64,000 bases of DNA from Yuukianura sp. NJ FZ-2021 (lineage: Eukaryota): assembly GCA_046563655.1 (NCBI GenBank), contig CM102285.1, positions 6,448,001 through 6,512,000 on the forward strand, read 5' to 3'. This document shows, piece by piece, positions 1-11,358 of the stretch (its first letter is position 1; every line of letters begins with the position of its first letter). The notes below the pieces were generated by a model. The model was not told the DNA's origin. It worked only from the letters and a program-made list of their open reading frames with translations, and searched no databases. The translations under genes were made by a program, and so were the position numbers.

Positions 1-84
1 AAATGACGTTTTGTGACAAGGGGTCTTGTCAGAAACGTTTATGACTGACGTTTTTGACTGACGTCATGGTCATTTTGCCAACCC

Positions 85-566
85 TGCAATTTATACTCGC
101 GGTTTTGCCGGGAAATTTCCTTGGCAACGAATGGGGAACGCAATTTATACTTTTTTCCCTCAATGGCAAACCGTTTCCTGGGAGACGAGAGGGAAACAGA
201 TTTCTTGGGAAAACAATTTATGCTTTTCCGCAACTTTGTCTTCTCCTCTCATTTTCCAAAGTTGAACACAATCCTACTTTTTTCCCGGGAAAGGCTGATT
301 ATCAGAGATTGACTGTCTGATTTAGAAAGTTGCCAAGGCGATTTTCTATTTTTTTTTTCTCTAGACTAACAACGTCCACACATTTTTCCTCTACCAATTT
401 ATACTTTCTCCAAGACAAAGGTCAAAATTTGTGTTTGAAAATCCCAGGGAAATTGCTCAGGATGAGTTGACGGGAAAAGTATAAATTGGTAAAGGCCAAA
501 CAAATTCCCAACGCAACTTTTCCCTGCTTTTGTCCTCGGGAAAAGGAAAAAAAGTATAAATTGGGC
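85..566. mobile_element. Degenerate inverted-repeat (MITE-like) element
   Basis: CAATTTATACT(T) motifs (~87, ~141, ~395) are mirrored by AGTATAAATTG motifs (~478, ~553). Ends and TSD are not resolved. Confidence 0.35.
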
Positions 567-962
567 TTAACAACAAAGTTTTGTTGGCAAGACACCTACC
601 TTGGGTTTATAAAACGCTGGCACACCGTTAACAACGGTGCACCTTTTGCAAGCCATGTTTCACCATGAGCAAGCTGAGCTACACAGTTGTTAGTCTCTCT
701 CATTGATATGACCTTTTGTGTTGGTCATATTGCACGTTACCGTGGACATATATTCATCTTGAGCTTTGACCCAGAAAAGGCCAAATATGATACTCCCCTG
801 GGTCCTCTGCTGTTTAAAGCAAAAGGCGGCGGAAAAAAGATAGATATTTGTCGCCGACGGTAAGGCAGACAAATAGCGGATGCGTAAAGTAGCTTTATGT
901 ATCCAAATAACTTCCAGCATAAAAGCATGGGCAGTGCCATTTCCAAGTTTAAACTTATATTA

Positions 963-1381
963 GGCAGTTATCTGCAGCCCACGTATCTTGAAAACGTAAA
1001 CGTATCACGTATCTTTTCGAAAAAGATACGTGAAGAGCTTGAGATACGTAAACGTATCTACTTACGTTAACGTAAAAATCAAAAAGATACGTGAAAGATA
1101 CGGGAGACGTAAACGTATCTTAAATTCCAAATCACACTCGGTTCAAAGTGTGAATCCCTTTAGAAGTATGTTTTGTATCTGTAACAGGTGCAATTTGAAA
1201 ATCACTTTTTTCGTCTTTTTTTTTGTAAACAAAACGGACTTGCGCTAGACGTTACGGTTTTTTGGTTTTGGGGCTTGCAGAAAACTGGTGAAAAAGATAC
1301 GGGAAACGTATCACGTATCTCAAAAAAGATACGTTACGTTACAACGTACGTTTCAAGATACGTGGTCTGCAGATAACTGCC
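963..1381. mobile_element. MITE with terminal inverted repeats
   Basis: TIR GGCAGTTATCTGCAG...CTGCAGATAACTGCC, internal ACGTATC/GATACGT subrepeats, flanked by the direct repeat TATTA (958-962 and 1382-1386). Confidence 0.8.
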
Positions 1382-2124
1382 TATTAAAAGCTTGACCTTC
1401 TAAACTCCGTCACTTTCCGTTGTTGGTGAAAACTCACCTGAAAACAAAACAGGGATTTTTTCCATATAGGTTTTCAACTATGTAACTTTGAGTTTGTATT
1501 TTTTTGAAACACTATTCCAAAATCCAAATAGAGTTTCACCAACAATCACTTGTCCCGAAGTAAACCTGTTTCGAAGTTAGCATCAGTTTAGTCCATGTTT
1601 TTACCGAAGAAAATTTGAAGCCTAACCACAAGCTGAAGCTAAAGGTGAATACGCTCATAATCAAACACACACTAAGCAACTTCGACATAGTCTGTTTGCA
1701 CATATACTACGAAAGATTCCGTTTCTCCAACAAAAAAGAAATGCAATCACAAAATTACCTATTAGGTGCTTCAGAGCCAGTCCAAATTCATTGAGTTCGT
1801 CGAATTGCTTATAGCACTTTGCAAAAATCAATAGCCTACAATTTTTTACCTCGTTCTGTTCTGGTGTGACTTGAGAAAGCTGTATTTTTTGTACCAATAC
1901 CAAGAAACACAGGAAGAACGTTTTGGGACAAAAATGACAGTATATTTTTCTCAAGGCCAATTCGAATTGATTGAGTGGAAGGATATCAACAATATTGTTG
2001 CTGCTCTTCCGTAGATTTTCTTCGCCATTTTTAAAATCGTAAAAGTGGTTCACACAAAAAAAAGCCGCACATCTCCATAACAACTATTTTGTTAATTATG
2101 TAGCGAAACCTGTTTCAGCTTTTA

Positions 2125-2510
2125 CCATGCCTGTCTTATTAGTAGTAGTAGTACCTTAGTAGTCCGCCCGTCAGTCCGTCAGCAGCAATTTTCCGGGAAC
2201 AACATTTCCGGGATATTTTTTCACTAGTACTAGTGAGGTACGCGTGGCGTGACCGGGAATGCAAACTTAAGTTAATATCGCCACGGTGAGTCAACCTATT
2301 TTATGCCGGTAACACAGAAAATGGCATATACAAAAGTTGGTCATCAATGCAACACAACAACTTTTGTGTACATCGCATGACCCCAAGTGACCTCTTTCTG
2401 GGTCACACGTTAACTTTTTCATTTTTTTGTTTATAATCTTAGTGCGTTATAGTTCACCATGTGATTTCCACGTGACTAGCTGTTTGCTCATTCCGCGCCA
2501 TTTTTCGTTA
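2125..2510 (+). mobile_element. Possible Helentron-associated (DINE-1/HINE-like) non-autonomous fragment
   Basis: GTCC/GTCA-type microsatellite at ~2161-2180. The block 2341-2394 matches 22443-22492 in reverse orientation. Boundaries are approximate. Confidence 0.4.
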
Positions 2511-3466
2511 CCTTCTACACCAGGTTACGACTGGTTTTGCTTATTTTCCAGGACGCAAAGGTAAAAAAAAAGTCAAAAACTATAACTTTGCTTCCGAAAC
2601 AAAACCATCGACAGTTCACTAGGAAGGTGAATGGATATGTTTTCATTGAATCGTAATGTGTGATATCTGGAAAAACAACACGAATTTTGCACCGGTGGGT
2701 TCAAACAGAGTTTCATAAAATCATCTCATGCCAATCGTGTGCGAGATGATTGAGCGAAGTGGCACCGCATTATCGCCATTAGTATAACGCCATCTACAAC
2801 TGTACTTTGTATGGACTCAACTTCTCCTTACGGTTGGATGGACTTTTCCTTCGCCGAGGTCATACCGCCTTCATACGAAAACTCCACATACTATCCCTAG
2901 CAACTTAACCTGAAAGAACATTCTTCTTCTACTACTGACAGCGATCAGGGAAAAACGAAACGTTTTTGCAAAAATCTCGAGTCACCCTAACTGGATTTGA
3001 AGTTGTATGGATAATAGAAAAAGAAAATTATTTGAAAAAAAAACGGTATACTTTTCTTCAAAGATAGGAATTCAAAACTTTCGTCACTTTGTATTTCAGA
3101 TTTTCTGAGCGTAATTTCATAAGTTAATTTTAAATATTTTATACTTTGTTAGTTATATATTTTGTTCAAACAATTTGAGGTTTTTACGAAAACGTCACGT
3201 CGTCTCTCGCAAATCGCTCAGAAGAAAAACTCCAGTGTTTTTTTTCAGATCCCTTGCTAAGGTATAATCAACTTAAACTTTAACCTGAGCCATAAACCAA
3301 AGCCTAATCCTAAACCTTAACTTATGTGTCTAAATACCTTTCGATTGTACCGTAAATGCTCTAATATAAGCGCGCCGCTTATAAGATTTTTCGACCTTTC
3401 GGACGCGCCTCTATTAGAACACTATTTATTACCGGAATAATTAATAAGTTTTAAGTGAGCCAAAAT

Positions 3467-4088
3467 TCAATTAATAGTGATCCCATTCGTCGCTGGTGTC
3501 ACTGTTGCTTTCTTCAAGCCTCCTCCAACTGTGCCCACTGTAGTAATACTTGGCATGTCAAAAAATATTCCAGTCTCGTCCATGGCAATAATATTTGGGT
3601 TGGAAATTTTATTCGTAACAGCGAGGTTGGAAGTGTACATGACGAACTCAACAAGCTTCTCAAATAACGAATTTGGATCTTTTTGAGCCAACCGGGTTTT
3701 TTTTTCTCAAACTGAGCTCATGGCGCTTCATAAATTTTTGTAGCCAACCACTGCTGGCCTGAAATTCGTTTGTTTGAAGCACTGCAGAGTAGACTTCCCT
3801 AGCTTTCACACGAATAGATTTGAAGGAGACACTTTGCTGGTTGGTGCGCTGATTTAAAATCCAATCGTAAACCATTTTGTCTGCTTCTTTAGAAAGTTGT
3901 TTTCTCGAGTCGAAAGCTAAAATTAGTTAAATTTTTACCGATTTTATCCTTTTGCTTCAGCCAACTGAAGACTTGTTTTCGGTGTATTCCGAAGTGAGCT
4001 GCGGTACCATACGTGGTATTAGTAGAAGCGTACTGAACCACTTTTAATTTAAAACTGAGATCAAACGATTGTCTTTTAGTTACACCAT
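3467..4088 (-). pseudogene. pogo-family transposase pseudogene (N-terminal HTH, CENP-B-type HTH, start of DDE domain)
   Basis: FKLKVVQYA...AAHFGIHRKQVFSW at ~4060-3960, then DWILNQR...KAREV...FQASSGWLQKFMKRHELSLR (3660-3875), then frameshifted IIAMDETGIFFDMP (3467-3691). It has stops and frameshifts and is truncated. Confidence 0.85.
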
Positions 4089-4274
4089 TTTTAAAACTTG
4101 TATTTAAGTGCTACATTTTGATTTGAGTCAAATTAGCAACATAGAAGTTAAACAGATGATGTAACTTTGCTCTAGGCTCTGCTTTAAACTCAAGTTAGCT
4201 ACCGCGCTTATATCGCAATTTGCCCCCGCTGAAACCGCGCTTGTATTAGAGTATGCGCTTATATTAGAATACGC

Positions 4275-4678
4275 GGTTGGATTATACCCTTATGTACGCA
4301 TGTTAAAAACTTAGAAAAATTACGAGGGTAGAGGGTCAGTGACATCTCCAGACAACTCAAAAAATGACCTCTACAAAAGTTGTTGGCCTTGATGAGGGGA
4401 TCATTTTTTGTCCTATGACGTATGACCCTGTGACCTTTCGTTAAGGTCATAGGTCAATTTGAAAGTTAGTTAGGTTAGGTTAGATTAAACCTTCAAATTG
4501 ACCTATGACCTTAACGAAAGGTCACAGGGTCATATGTCAAAGGACAAAAAATGATCCCCTCATCAAGGCCAACAACTTTTGTAGAGGTCATTTTTTGGGT
4601 TGTCTGAGGATGTCAGTGACCTTTTTCTCGAAATTTTTCCAAGTTTTTAACATGCGTACATAAGGGTATAATCCAACC
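4275..4678. mobile_element. Foldback MITE (~400-bp near-perfect palindrome) nested in the pogo end
   Basis: Arms of ~190 bp, GGTTGGATTATACCCTTATGTACGCATG...CATGCGTACATAAGGGTATAATCCAACC. Flanking direct repeat GAATACGC (4267-4274 and 4679-4686). TTAGG-like centre. Confidence 0.9.
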
Positions 4679-4968
4679 GAATACGCGCTTGCATTAGAGC
4701 ATTTACTAACTGTTTTACTAACTTGCCTTCCCAGGGAATATAGTAAAGCAAATTCACAAGCTTCCGAGAGTTCATGCACGGAAATGCAAAGACGGAGTCC
4801 ATTCCAAAAACTATTCCCTCAAAAACAAAATCGGTCACTCGGAAAATTTTGCGTCACAATAAATTGCCGTTAGTCTTCACAGCCATTAATGCGTCCTAAC
4901 AAATAGCAGCAACTCTACGCTACTAATAAAGCACAGTTGTTTTGAGCTAACAAGAGAAAATGACTTAC

Positions 4969-5090
4969 CCGCGATCATAAATAGCACAATACGGCAACGT
5001 CAAGGTGCGTAGAAAGGTCCATACCTCGGTGTATGTCCAATCCAGCATGGGGCTTACGCGCATTACTTGCGGCCATGTAGGATCCGTCAT
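4969..5090 (-). CDS. FLAD1: FAD synthase exon (C-terminal part of the PAPS-reductase-like FADS domain)
   Basis: Absent from the ORF track. AG acceptor at 5091-5092, GTAAGT donor at 4968. Translates [41 protein letters not shown], in frame after ...DYFQ. It ends in phase 2, and the expected YTSLG exon was not found. Confidence 0.9.
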
Positions 5091-5410
5091 CTATCACAAA
5101 CAAATAAATACACAATTTACACGTTGAGCACGGCGCCGTTGGGTCTAATAAACAATGCTTGTTAAAAGTACACAGGGAAACAGCAATTCTGTAGTTAACA
5201 GTAAAAGTTACAGAGATCGGCATTCGGCAAATAGAAAAGCGCTACCGATCAGTAAGACTAAAGTTATCAAGTTTCAATAATTGAACAACTATAGAGTGAA
5301 CAAAACTTTGCCGTCGCCAGGGTTTTTTAAACAACGTTAGTGAGCCTACGCCATTGAAATTTTAATTTGATTTAACCCAGATCAGCGACAAAGAGATTGA
5401 AAAATCAAAC

Positions 5411-5767
5411 CTGAAAATAATCTAAGGCGTGTCCACTTGGATCTGTTCGTCTTGTGCCCATGAGAACAGCTTTAACCTCCGAGTGGTCCTTGATAGCTGC
5501 AGTTAAGCCGCTGTGAATTGGCCCTTCATACGTCCAAACGTTCAACTTATACCGGGACATAGTGAGATGTATGAAGTCTTCCATTTCCGGAAACGGATTA
5601 GAGTACTTAATCGATAAGACTTTGAGTTTGGTAGAAATTTCATTTTCAGGTTTATGTTTTTGAACGACAGCATGTAGCAAATGCAACAGAGCAGTGCAGT
5701 CCTTCCCGCCATTAAAGCAAATGCAAATTTCATCCGGCCCATATCTGTTCCACGCTTCCTCGAGTTT
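5411..5767 (-). CDS. FLAD1: FAD synthase exon (FMN adenylyltransferase / PAPS-reductase-like domain)
   Basis: PP-loop FNGGKDCTALLHL and VLMGTRRTDP. Acceptor ttacag at 5768, GT donor at 5410, 357 nt, phase 0/0. Confidence 0.92.
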
Positions 5768-6719
5768 CTGTAATAGAAAATAATAATAATTATACCGGAG
5801 TTGCTGTTTTGAAATAAACAATTTCTGTTTGCGTTTGCAAACTTGTTGTAATTGTGCGCGAGCGCGCCGCGTAGAAAACAATCCGGCGACAGTGTTGCAC
5901 GACATAAATACTTCATAACCAAAACCTGAAATTCCAGGTGTATTTTGATTGCGTTTATACAACGAAAAATCTATTATACAGTGTTGTTCAGCGAAAAGTA
6001 GACACCCCAAAATTGTTTCCATGACATTTTTTGTAAAATTTGCAATTTGAGGGGAGATTGATAGCAACAAACGAAATACGCTTAAACAAATTTATATTGC
6101 GCAGGGTATTCTGTTGAATTTGGTACTCATAGCCCCCCAGAATTTTGAAAATAAACAAACTTTTGAGTTTGTTGGTGTCTACTTTTCGCTGAACAACACG
6201 GTATATTTCGGATTATTTTTTACTTCATTAGCAGCTCATCAGCATTACTAGTGCTGCGTTGTTTTTCCGTCCGAGGTCTCGCGACTACGTCAATTATAAC
6301 GTTCCTGTCATGCCTAATAACCAGTGTTGCTGGATATCCACCTTTTTAGCATTTCATCCAGGTATAACTGGATAAATGGACGAAATTGAGTTTCGTCCGA
6401 AAGAAACCAATAAAATCCGGAACAATAATAACCACCACTGTCGAGGAGAGTGGAAGAAATATTTTACCTATCCAGCAACACTGCAAATAACATGAGCTAA
6501 TGTAAAAGCAAATTGAGGTTCCGTTGGCTAAAAAACAACTGACCTTACCAAACGATCTGTGCACTGTGCAATGCAAAATAAGGTTGGATGGTAAACAAGG
6601 ATTTAACATGGTAATTTAAGGAAACGCTGGAAGAGGCATGCAAATGCCCTAGAGCTCTAAATGCTGTAAACCCTAAAAATTTAATCGGTCTTCCGCGGCC
6701 TTTGAATCATAGACTCATC

Positions 6720-6975
6720 GGTTCCATGCCATTGGTTCAAATGAATTGGTTCAAATACGAATTGGTTCTAAAAATAATTGGTTCTAAAACCTAATTTTGA
6801 TACCTAAACCTAACCTAATCTAACCTAAAATAAGTAAACTAACCTAAACTTAATTATTCTAATCCAAATTAACCTAATTTAAGCCTTATACCCTAAACAA
6901 ATAGTGTTTAGAACCAATTATTTTTAGAACCAATTCGCATTTGAACCAATTCATTTGAACCAATGGCGTGCTCCC
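6720..6975. mobile_element. MITE with subrepeat-built TIRs (Mutator/Foldback-like) in a FLAD1 intron
   Basis: Arms of repeated AATTGGTTC(A/T)AA and their inverse, AACCT-rich centre, direct repeat GACTCATC(G) at 6712-6720 and 6976-6984. Confidence 0.85.
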
Positions 6976-6985
6976 GACTCATCGT

Positions 6986-7538
6986 CGTAGCAGGTCATTA
7001 GCGCGAAAACAAAAGGCGCGAAAACAAAAGGCGCGAATTCACTAGGCGCGAATGCATTAAGGGCGAATACAATAAGGGCGTATGTAAATAAGCGCGAAGG
7101 TAATTGGCGCGCCCCTACATTAGCATGAAGGTAAATAAGCGCGAATTCGTATTTAGAAATGGAAACTGAAGTTTGGTGTTCTAATTTGGGTTTCAACTTG
7201 CTTGTGTTTGCGAAAGTTTAAAGTTAGAATAGGGTTGGTAGGTTTGCTTTTTTCGAAATATATTTTTTGGTTTTATTTTACTTAATTATCATAGGTTAGG
7301 TTACACTAAACAATACAACTATAGTTTTATGACGCTTAGGTTAGGTTTGGTTAGATTTCCAAGCATCTAGTCCGTTGTTAAAAATGGCAGACTAACGAAT
7401 TTAAATTTCTGATTTTGTTTATTAGAAATTTTTTGTTTATTAAAAATTTATTTACAAACGCCCTTATTGTATTCGCGCTTAATGCATTCGCGCCTAATGA
7501 ATTCGCGCCTATTGTTTTCGCGCTAATGACCTGGAACC
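6986..7538. mobile_element. MITE with subrepeat-built TIRs, adjacent to the previous element
   Basis: CAGGTCATTAGCGCGAAAACAA...TTGTTTTCGCGCTAATGACCTG, ~15-bp GGCGCGAA subrepeats, ATCGT(CGT) repeated at both ends, TTAGG-like interior. Confidence 0.85.
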
Positions 7539-7577
7539 ATCGTCGTGAGAGACGGAGAAATTGTCTTCAAATCTTAC

Positions 7578-8483
7578 CTTTACAGCAATGGAAACTGCAC
7601 CATGAAGCGGATGTGATTCGTCATTGACTATACCATAAACCTTGGTGGCTGCGGTTGCCACTGGATCTTCATCGTATTCCACTAAGCTTGAAGCGGGAAG
7701 CAACTTGGTGAAGAAATCGTGTGCTGCCTCAAGGCTTTCGTTGTCCTTTGACTCCATTGTAATTCTAGTTGAATAATACAAGTTGTCCAGAACAGGGTAG
7801 GAGCCGAACGTAACTTGATCTTTGAACTTGTCCACAACTTGATTGAGTTGCATTGCTATATTCATTTCAACATCATCGATGTAAAGTTTTCGTGTGTAGA
7901 ATTGAGCTACCGCTAGGTCCTGGCGCAAGCGTGGAAACATTTTCCTCACGTATTGAGGGATTCCCGGGAAAATGTAAACATTCCCAACAATCACAATTGG
8001 AAAACTGTTCACAGTATTAGGATCAAATAAGAGCCTGGCATTTGACGGTAGACGGGCCATTTTCCTAATAAGTTCCGCGTCATATCCCTTTCCACTCAAC
8101 CATTTCTCCAGTACTCCTAACATCTCATCGTTGACTTCTGCTGCCTGATTGAAGGCATTGGCGACTCCAGTGTAGGTTATGTCATCATGAGTTGGACCAA
8201 TCCCTCCAGTGGTAAAAACGTAGTCAAAGTTGGACGAGAAGCTGGATACCTCTGACGCTATTGTACTCAACTCGTCCGGAATGGTGGATATCCGACACAG
8301 CTTTATTCCTAGGGAGTAGAGTTCCGTAGCCAAGTACAACGAATTGGTATCTAGCACTTGACCCTTCAGTATTTCGTCTCCGATTATTATTATCCCCGCA
8401 GTTTTTCCGTCATGTGCTGCGGACATTTCGCAGTTTTGGGACAACGATGACACACAATTCACCGTGGGTTGATTCAGCTTCAA
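7578..8483 (-). CDS. FLAD1: FAD synthase exon (molybdopterin-binding/CinA-like FAD hydrolase domain)
   Basis: IIIIGDEILKGQVLDTN, VFTTGGIGPTHDDIT and IFPGIP motifs. AG acceptor at 8484-8485, GTAAGA donor at 7577 (phase 0). First in-exon ATG at 8426. An upstream exon is unresolved. Confidence 0.93.
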
Positions 8484-9906
8484 CTATAAACAAAAAGAAG
8501 GGGGTGTTATACAACAAACAGAGATCGACATTGTCGTAGTAGGATTTGCCTATTGCCTAGCCTAAATACTCTAGTGCCATGGTAAAATCCAATCAATCAA
8601 AAATTTATGAAATTACAGGCGACCCTTAGTCCGGTAACCTAGCCAGTCCCGTGTAAAACTTAAGCTGCTCATAGAACAATTGTTGTATAGGAAGGAACCT
8701 CTCCATGGTATCCAAGCGCCTAGCAAGTAAAGCAAGTGAGGTGAGGACCAGTGTGGCATGAACTCTGAACTCACGCACTGTGATTGGTGGTACACCATAG
8801 CGAATGAAATGTCCATGCCTCGTGAAGTTCATATCTACTTGAGAAAAGCGTTTAGCCGTCTAAGTGTCGCCATACGTATGCAACGTACTAAGTAGACGCA
8901 GTAAACAATGCTTCATTTTATGGATGTATTCAATGCGATGCAAAATTTGTTGGCGTCGGAATTCCCAACGTTATGTATTTAAAATACTGAAGAATAATCC
9001 GAAAACTTTGGGAATTGCTTTGTATTTTGGCTCAAAAACATAAAGACTGTTGAGTAGGGTGTGTATACCAACTTGTACGACCTAAACTGCATTTACATTA
9101 GACGTTGAAAATAAGAGGAGTGATAGTTCCCTCAAATAGCAGTGTTTTGTAGCCCCTCCATTAATTGGGACTGAAAAGAATGCTAAAGGTTTTGTAACAT
9201 TTTTTTTACGTACCTGCGTATCAAATCAAAACTCCATAGTAATACAATACACATTGTTTTTGAAAATTGCCAAAAAATTCATTAAAAATCCACATTCAAC
9301 ACGCCTTGTGGTTGTGACTAGTCCGAATACGAAACTATTCAAAATATACAAAACCTCAAAACTGAAATATCCACTATCCACAAAATCTACAACCTTGTTT
9401 ATACAACAAAATTAGCTTATTTTTAAAACAGGTTTGAGATAAATGAGTAAAATAGAAATTTTAACTCCTGATGCAACCAATCACCTTTCTGCATCACAGA
9501 CAAGACACAACCTAAGAAGATCTACGTAAACATGTTTACTACATTCACTTCTTTTAGTCCTCATTACATGATTCAGTTAAAAAAAACTATACTGAGCTTT
9601 TAGTACTATTTCTTACATTCCTGTTGATATTGCTTATGCTTCATTTTTAATTTATAAAAAATATGGTTCACAAGTAAATGGGATCAACCTTCAACCAGTA
9701 CTACTAGGTAATTACGGGGTGTTTTGTACAAAACATTTTTAAACACTGCAATTATAGAATTTCATGTAAACATAGAGATAGATAGAGAAGTATAACTGCT
9801 GGATAACCCTGACATTACATTGCCTGGAACTTCTGGTTTTTCATCATGTCCTCCAGTCAAGCTGTGCGAACGAAGTGAATGTAGCGCTTTTCGAACGGTT
9901 TAGGGT

Positions 9907-11358
9907 TTAGTAATTTAGTTCGTCGTCGTCAGCAATGTTCTTCTGGCGTTTCGTCGGAGGTCCAGAATTCTCACCAGATTGGTCAACTACTGTCTGTTGT
10001 GCGGAGTTACCGTTGTCTTGCAAAGGCATGCTTCGAGCAAGTAGGATTTCGTTTGGCATAATGAAGCTGACGCGGTGCATGTTCTTATTTGGGGCAACAT
10101 TACGAACGAAAAAGACTTCAACCACGTTTTCCTTTGGCAGCTGGTATCTTAAGTTCCGGTTGATCAGTTCAAGTGCCAAAGACTTGGATTGGTCCACTTC
10201 CACAGTAGCCTTGATGAAACAGTATACATGAACAGTCATAATCACATCTGGATTCAGTTCAGTATCACCATGCGCAGCAAGACCCCAAAACACATCCAGA
10301 AATTCCGACGCAATGGCTGGAAGGTTCATTGCAACATGAATTTTCTTCGTCCAGCACCGCGCGAAATCTTCAAAATCTGTCACTGGTTCTCTTGGTTTTT
10401 GCAGCAAAGGAGGAAGATGCTTCAAAATAAATTCACGGCCGTCCAAGTTGAAAGCCTTCACATATCCTTTCACTTTCTTCGTTTTGTTGATGTTGTGAAC
10501 CAGCCATCGATAGGACTCTGGATTGAGATCGTTCGCATAAACGAAGCACCGTTTCTTAGCGGCTGGTAGTGCAAAGGGTCCCACGCCTGCGAACACGTCA
10601 AACAAGAAGTCACCAGGTTGTAGAAAACAGTTAATACGTTCGTGTTCTGCAGAGAGACGAGAATTCCAATATACTGTAGCAAAATCAAACTCAAATTCAG
10701 TTCCGCATTCCTTCACCTTGACTATCGTGGACGGTTCACCAGCTAAGACTTCCATTTGAAAATTTCTGTAAGTGGTGTCGATGGTGTTGACTTTATTTAC
10801 AACGGTTTTAGCAGCAGGGACTCCGTCGAGAAGCACTTGTGCTATGATGTATTTGTAAGGCAATAGATGATTGCGCAAGTTCAAGTGCAGCAATGGTCCC
10901 ATTGTTGTAAAACTTCGTGCTTTTTCAAACTCGTGAGGAATAACGGCATTAAGAATGTCCCACCAAAACCAATTTTCATAAGTTATAGTTAATTCTTGCG
11001 CCTCTGGAGATAAGACTGTCATAACTTCCTCTCCTGACATTTTCAACTGTTGCTGCAGAAATTCCAAGAGTTCGGAAGAGACTGACGGAACAACGTCCGG
11101 ATTCAAATAAATTCGTTTCTTGGCAATGTCCGAAGAATCTTTTTGTACTGATCTGAACTTCGACAGCTTGAGGAAGAATGGTTTTAAAGTCTCTGAAATG
11201 GTTCCAACCCTTGTATGGGGTACAACGACAGTAGGTACAGTGATCACTTTTGTAAAGGCATTCTTGTCCAGGATTGTCATCCCTGGATGAGGTGGCGGGA
11301 ACAGAATAGGCTGCAAGATAGGTTTCGCAGGCTCGACAGCGTTCATCGATCCATCCAT
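9907..11358 (-). CDS. TRMT5: tRNA (guanine-N1-37) methyltransferase Trm5 (Met-10+ family)
   Basis: 483-aa ORF with HLNLR, VVNK...FQMEVLAGE, FDFATVYWNSRLSAEHER, SAM-binding DVFAGVGPFALP, ANDLNP, FNLDGREF, MNLP, HVYCF and VRNVAPNK. An extra N-terminal exon is possible. Confidence 0.95.
   Translation of the reverse strand: MDGSMNAVEPAKPILQPILFPPPHPGMTILDKNAFTKVITVPTVVVPHTRVGTISETLKPFFLKLSKFRSVQKDSSDIAKKRIYLNPDVVPSVSSELLEFLQQQLKMSGEEVMTVLSPEAQELTITYENWFWWDILNAVIPHEFEKARSFTTMGPLLHLNLRNHLLPYKYIIAQVLLDGVPAAKTVVNKVNTIDTTYRNFQMEVLAGEPSTIVKVKECGTEFEFDFATVYWNSRLSAEHERINCFLQPGDFLFDVFAGVGPFALPAAKKRCFVYANDLNPESYRWLVHNINKTKKVKGYVKAFNLDGREFILKHLPPLLQKPREPVTDFEDFARCWTKKIHVAMNLPAIASEFLDVFWGLAAHGDTELNPDVIMTVHVYCFIKATVEVDQSKSLALELINRNLRYQLPKENVVEVFFVRNVAPNKNMHRVSFIMPNEILLARSMPLQDNGNSAQQTVVDQSGENSGPPTKRQKNIADDDELNY

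Larger units (their letters stand above)
3350..4706 (-). mobile_element. Decayed pogo/Tigger-like DNA transposon, internally deleted and interrupted by a MITE
   Basis: Left TIR (TA)CCGTAAATGCTCTAATATAAGCGCG at 3350 matches the right end CGCGCTTGCATTAGAGCATTTAC (4684-4706). Transposase fragments lie inside. Confidence 0.8.

Noticed and set aside
1661..2083. 140-aa minus-strand ORF as a gene or the last FLAD1 exon
   Set aside because: No FLAD1 motifs or recognisable domain, and no convincing splice support.
5768..6070. N-terminal 100 aa of ORF 5405-6070 as coding
   Set aside because: It lies upstream of a clear acceptor at 5768 and is intron read-through. The same applies to the tail of ORF 7509-8483 below 7578, which runs into a MITE.
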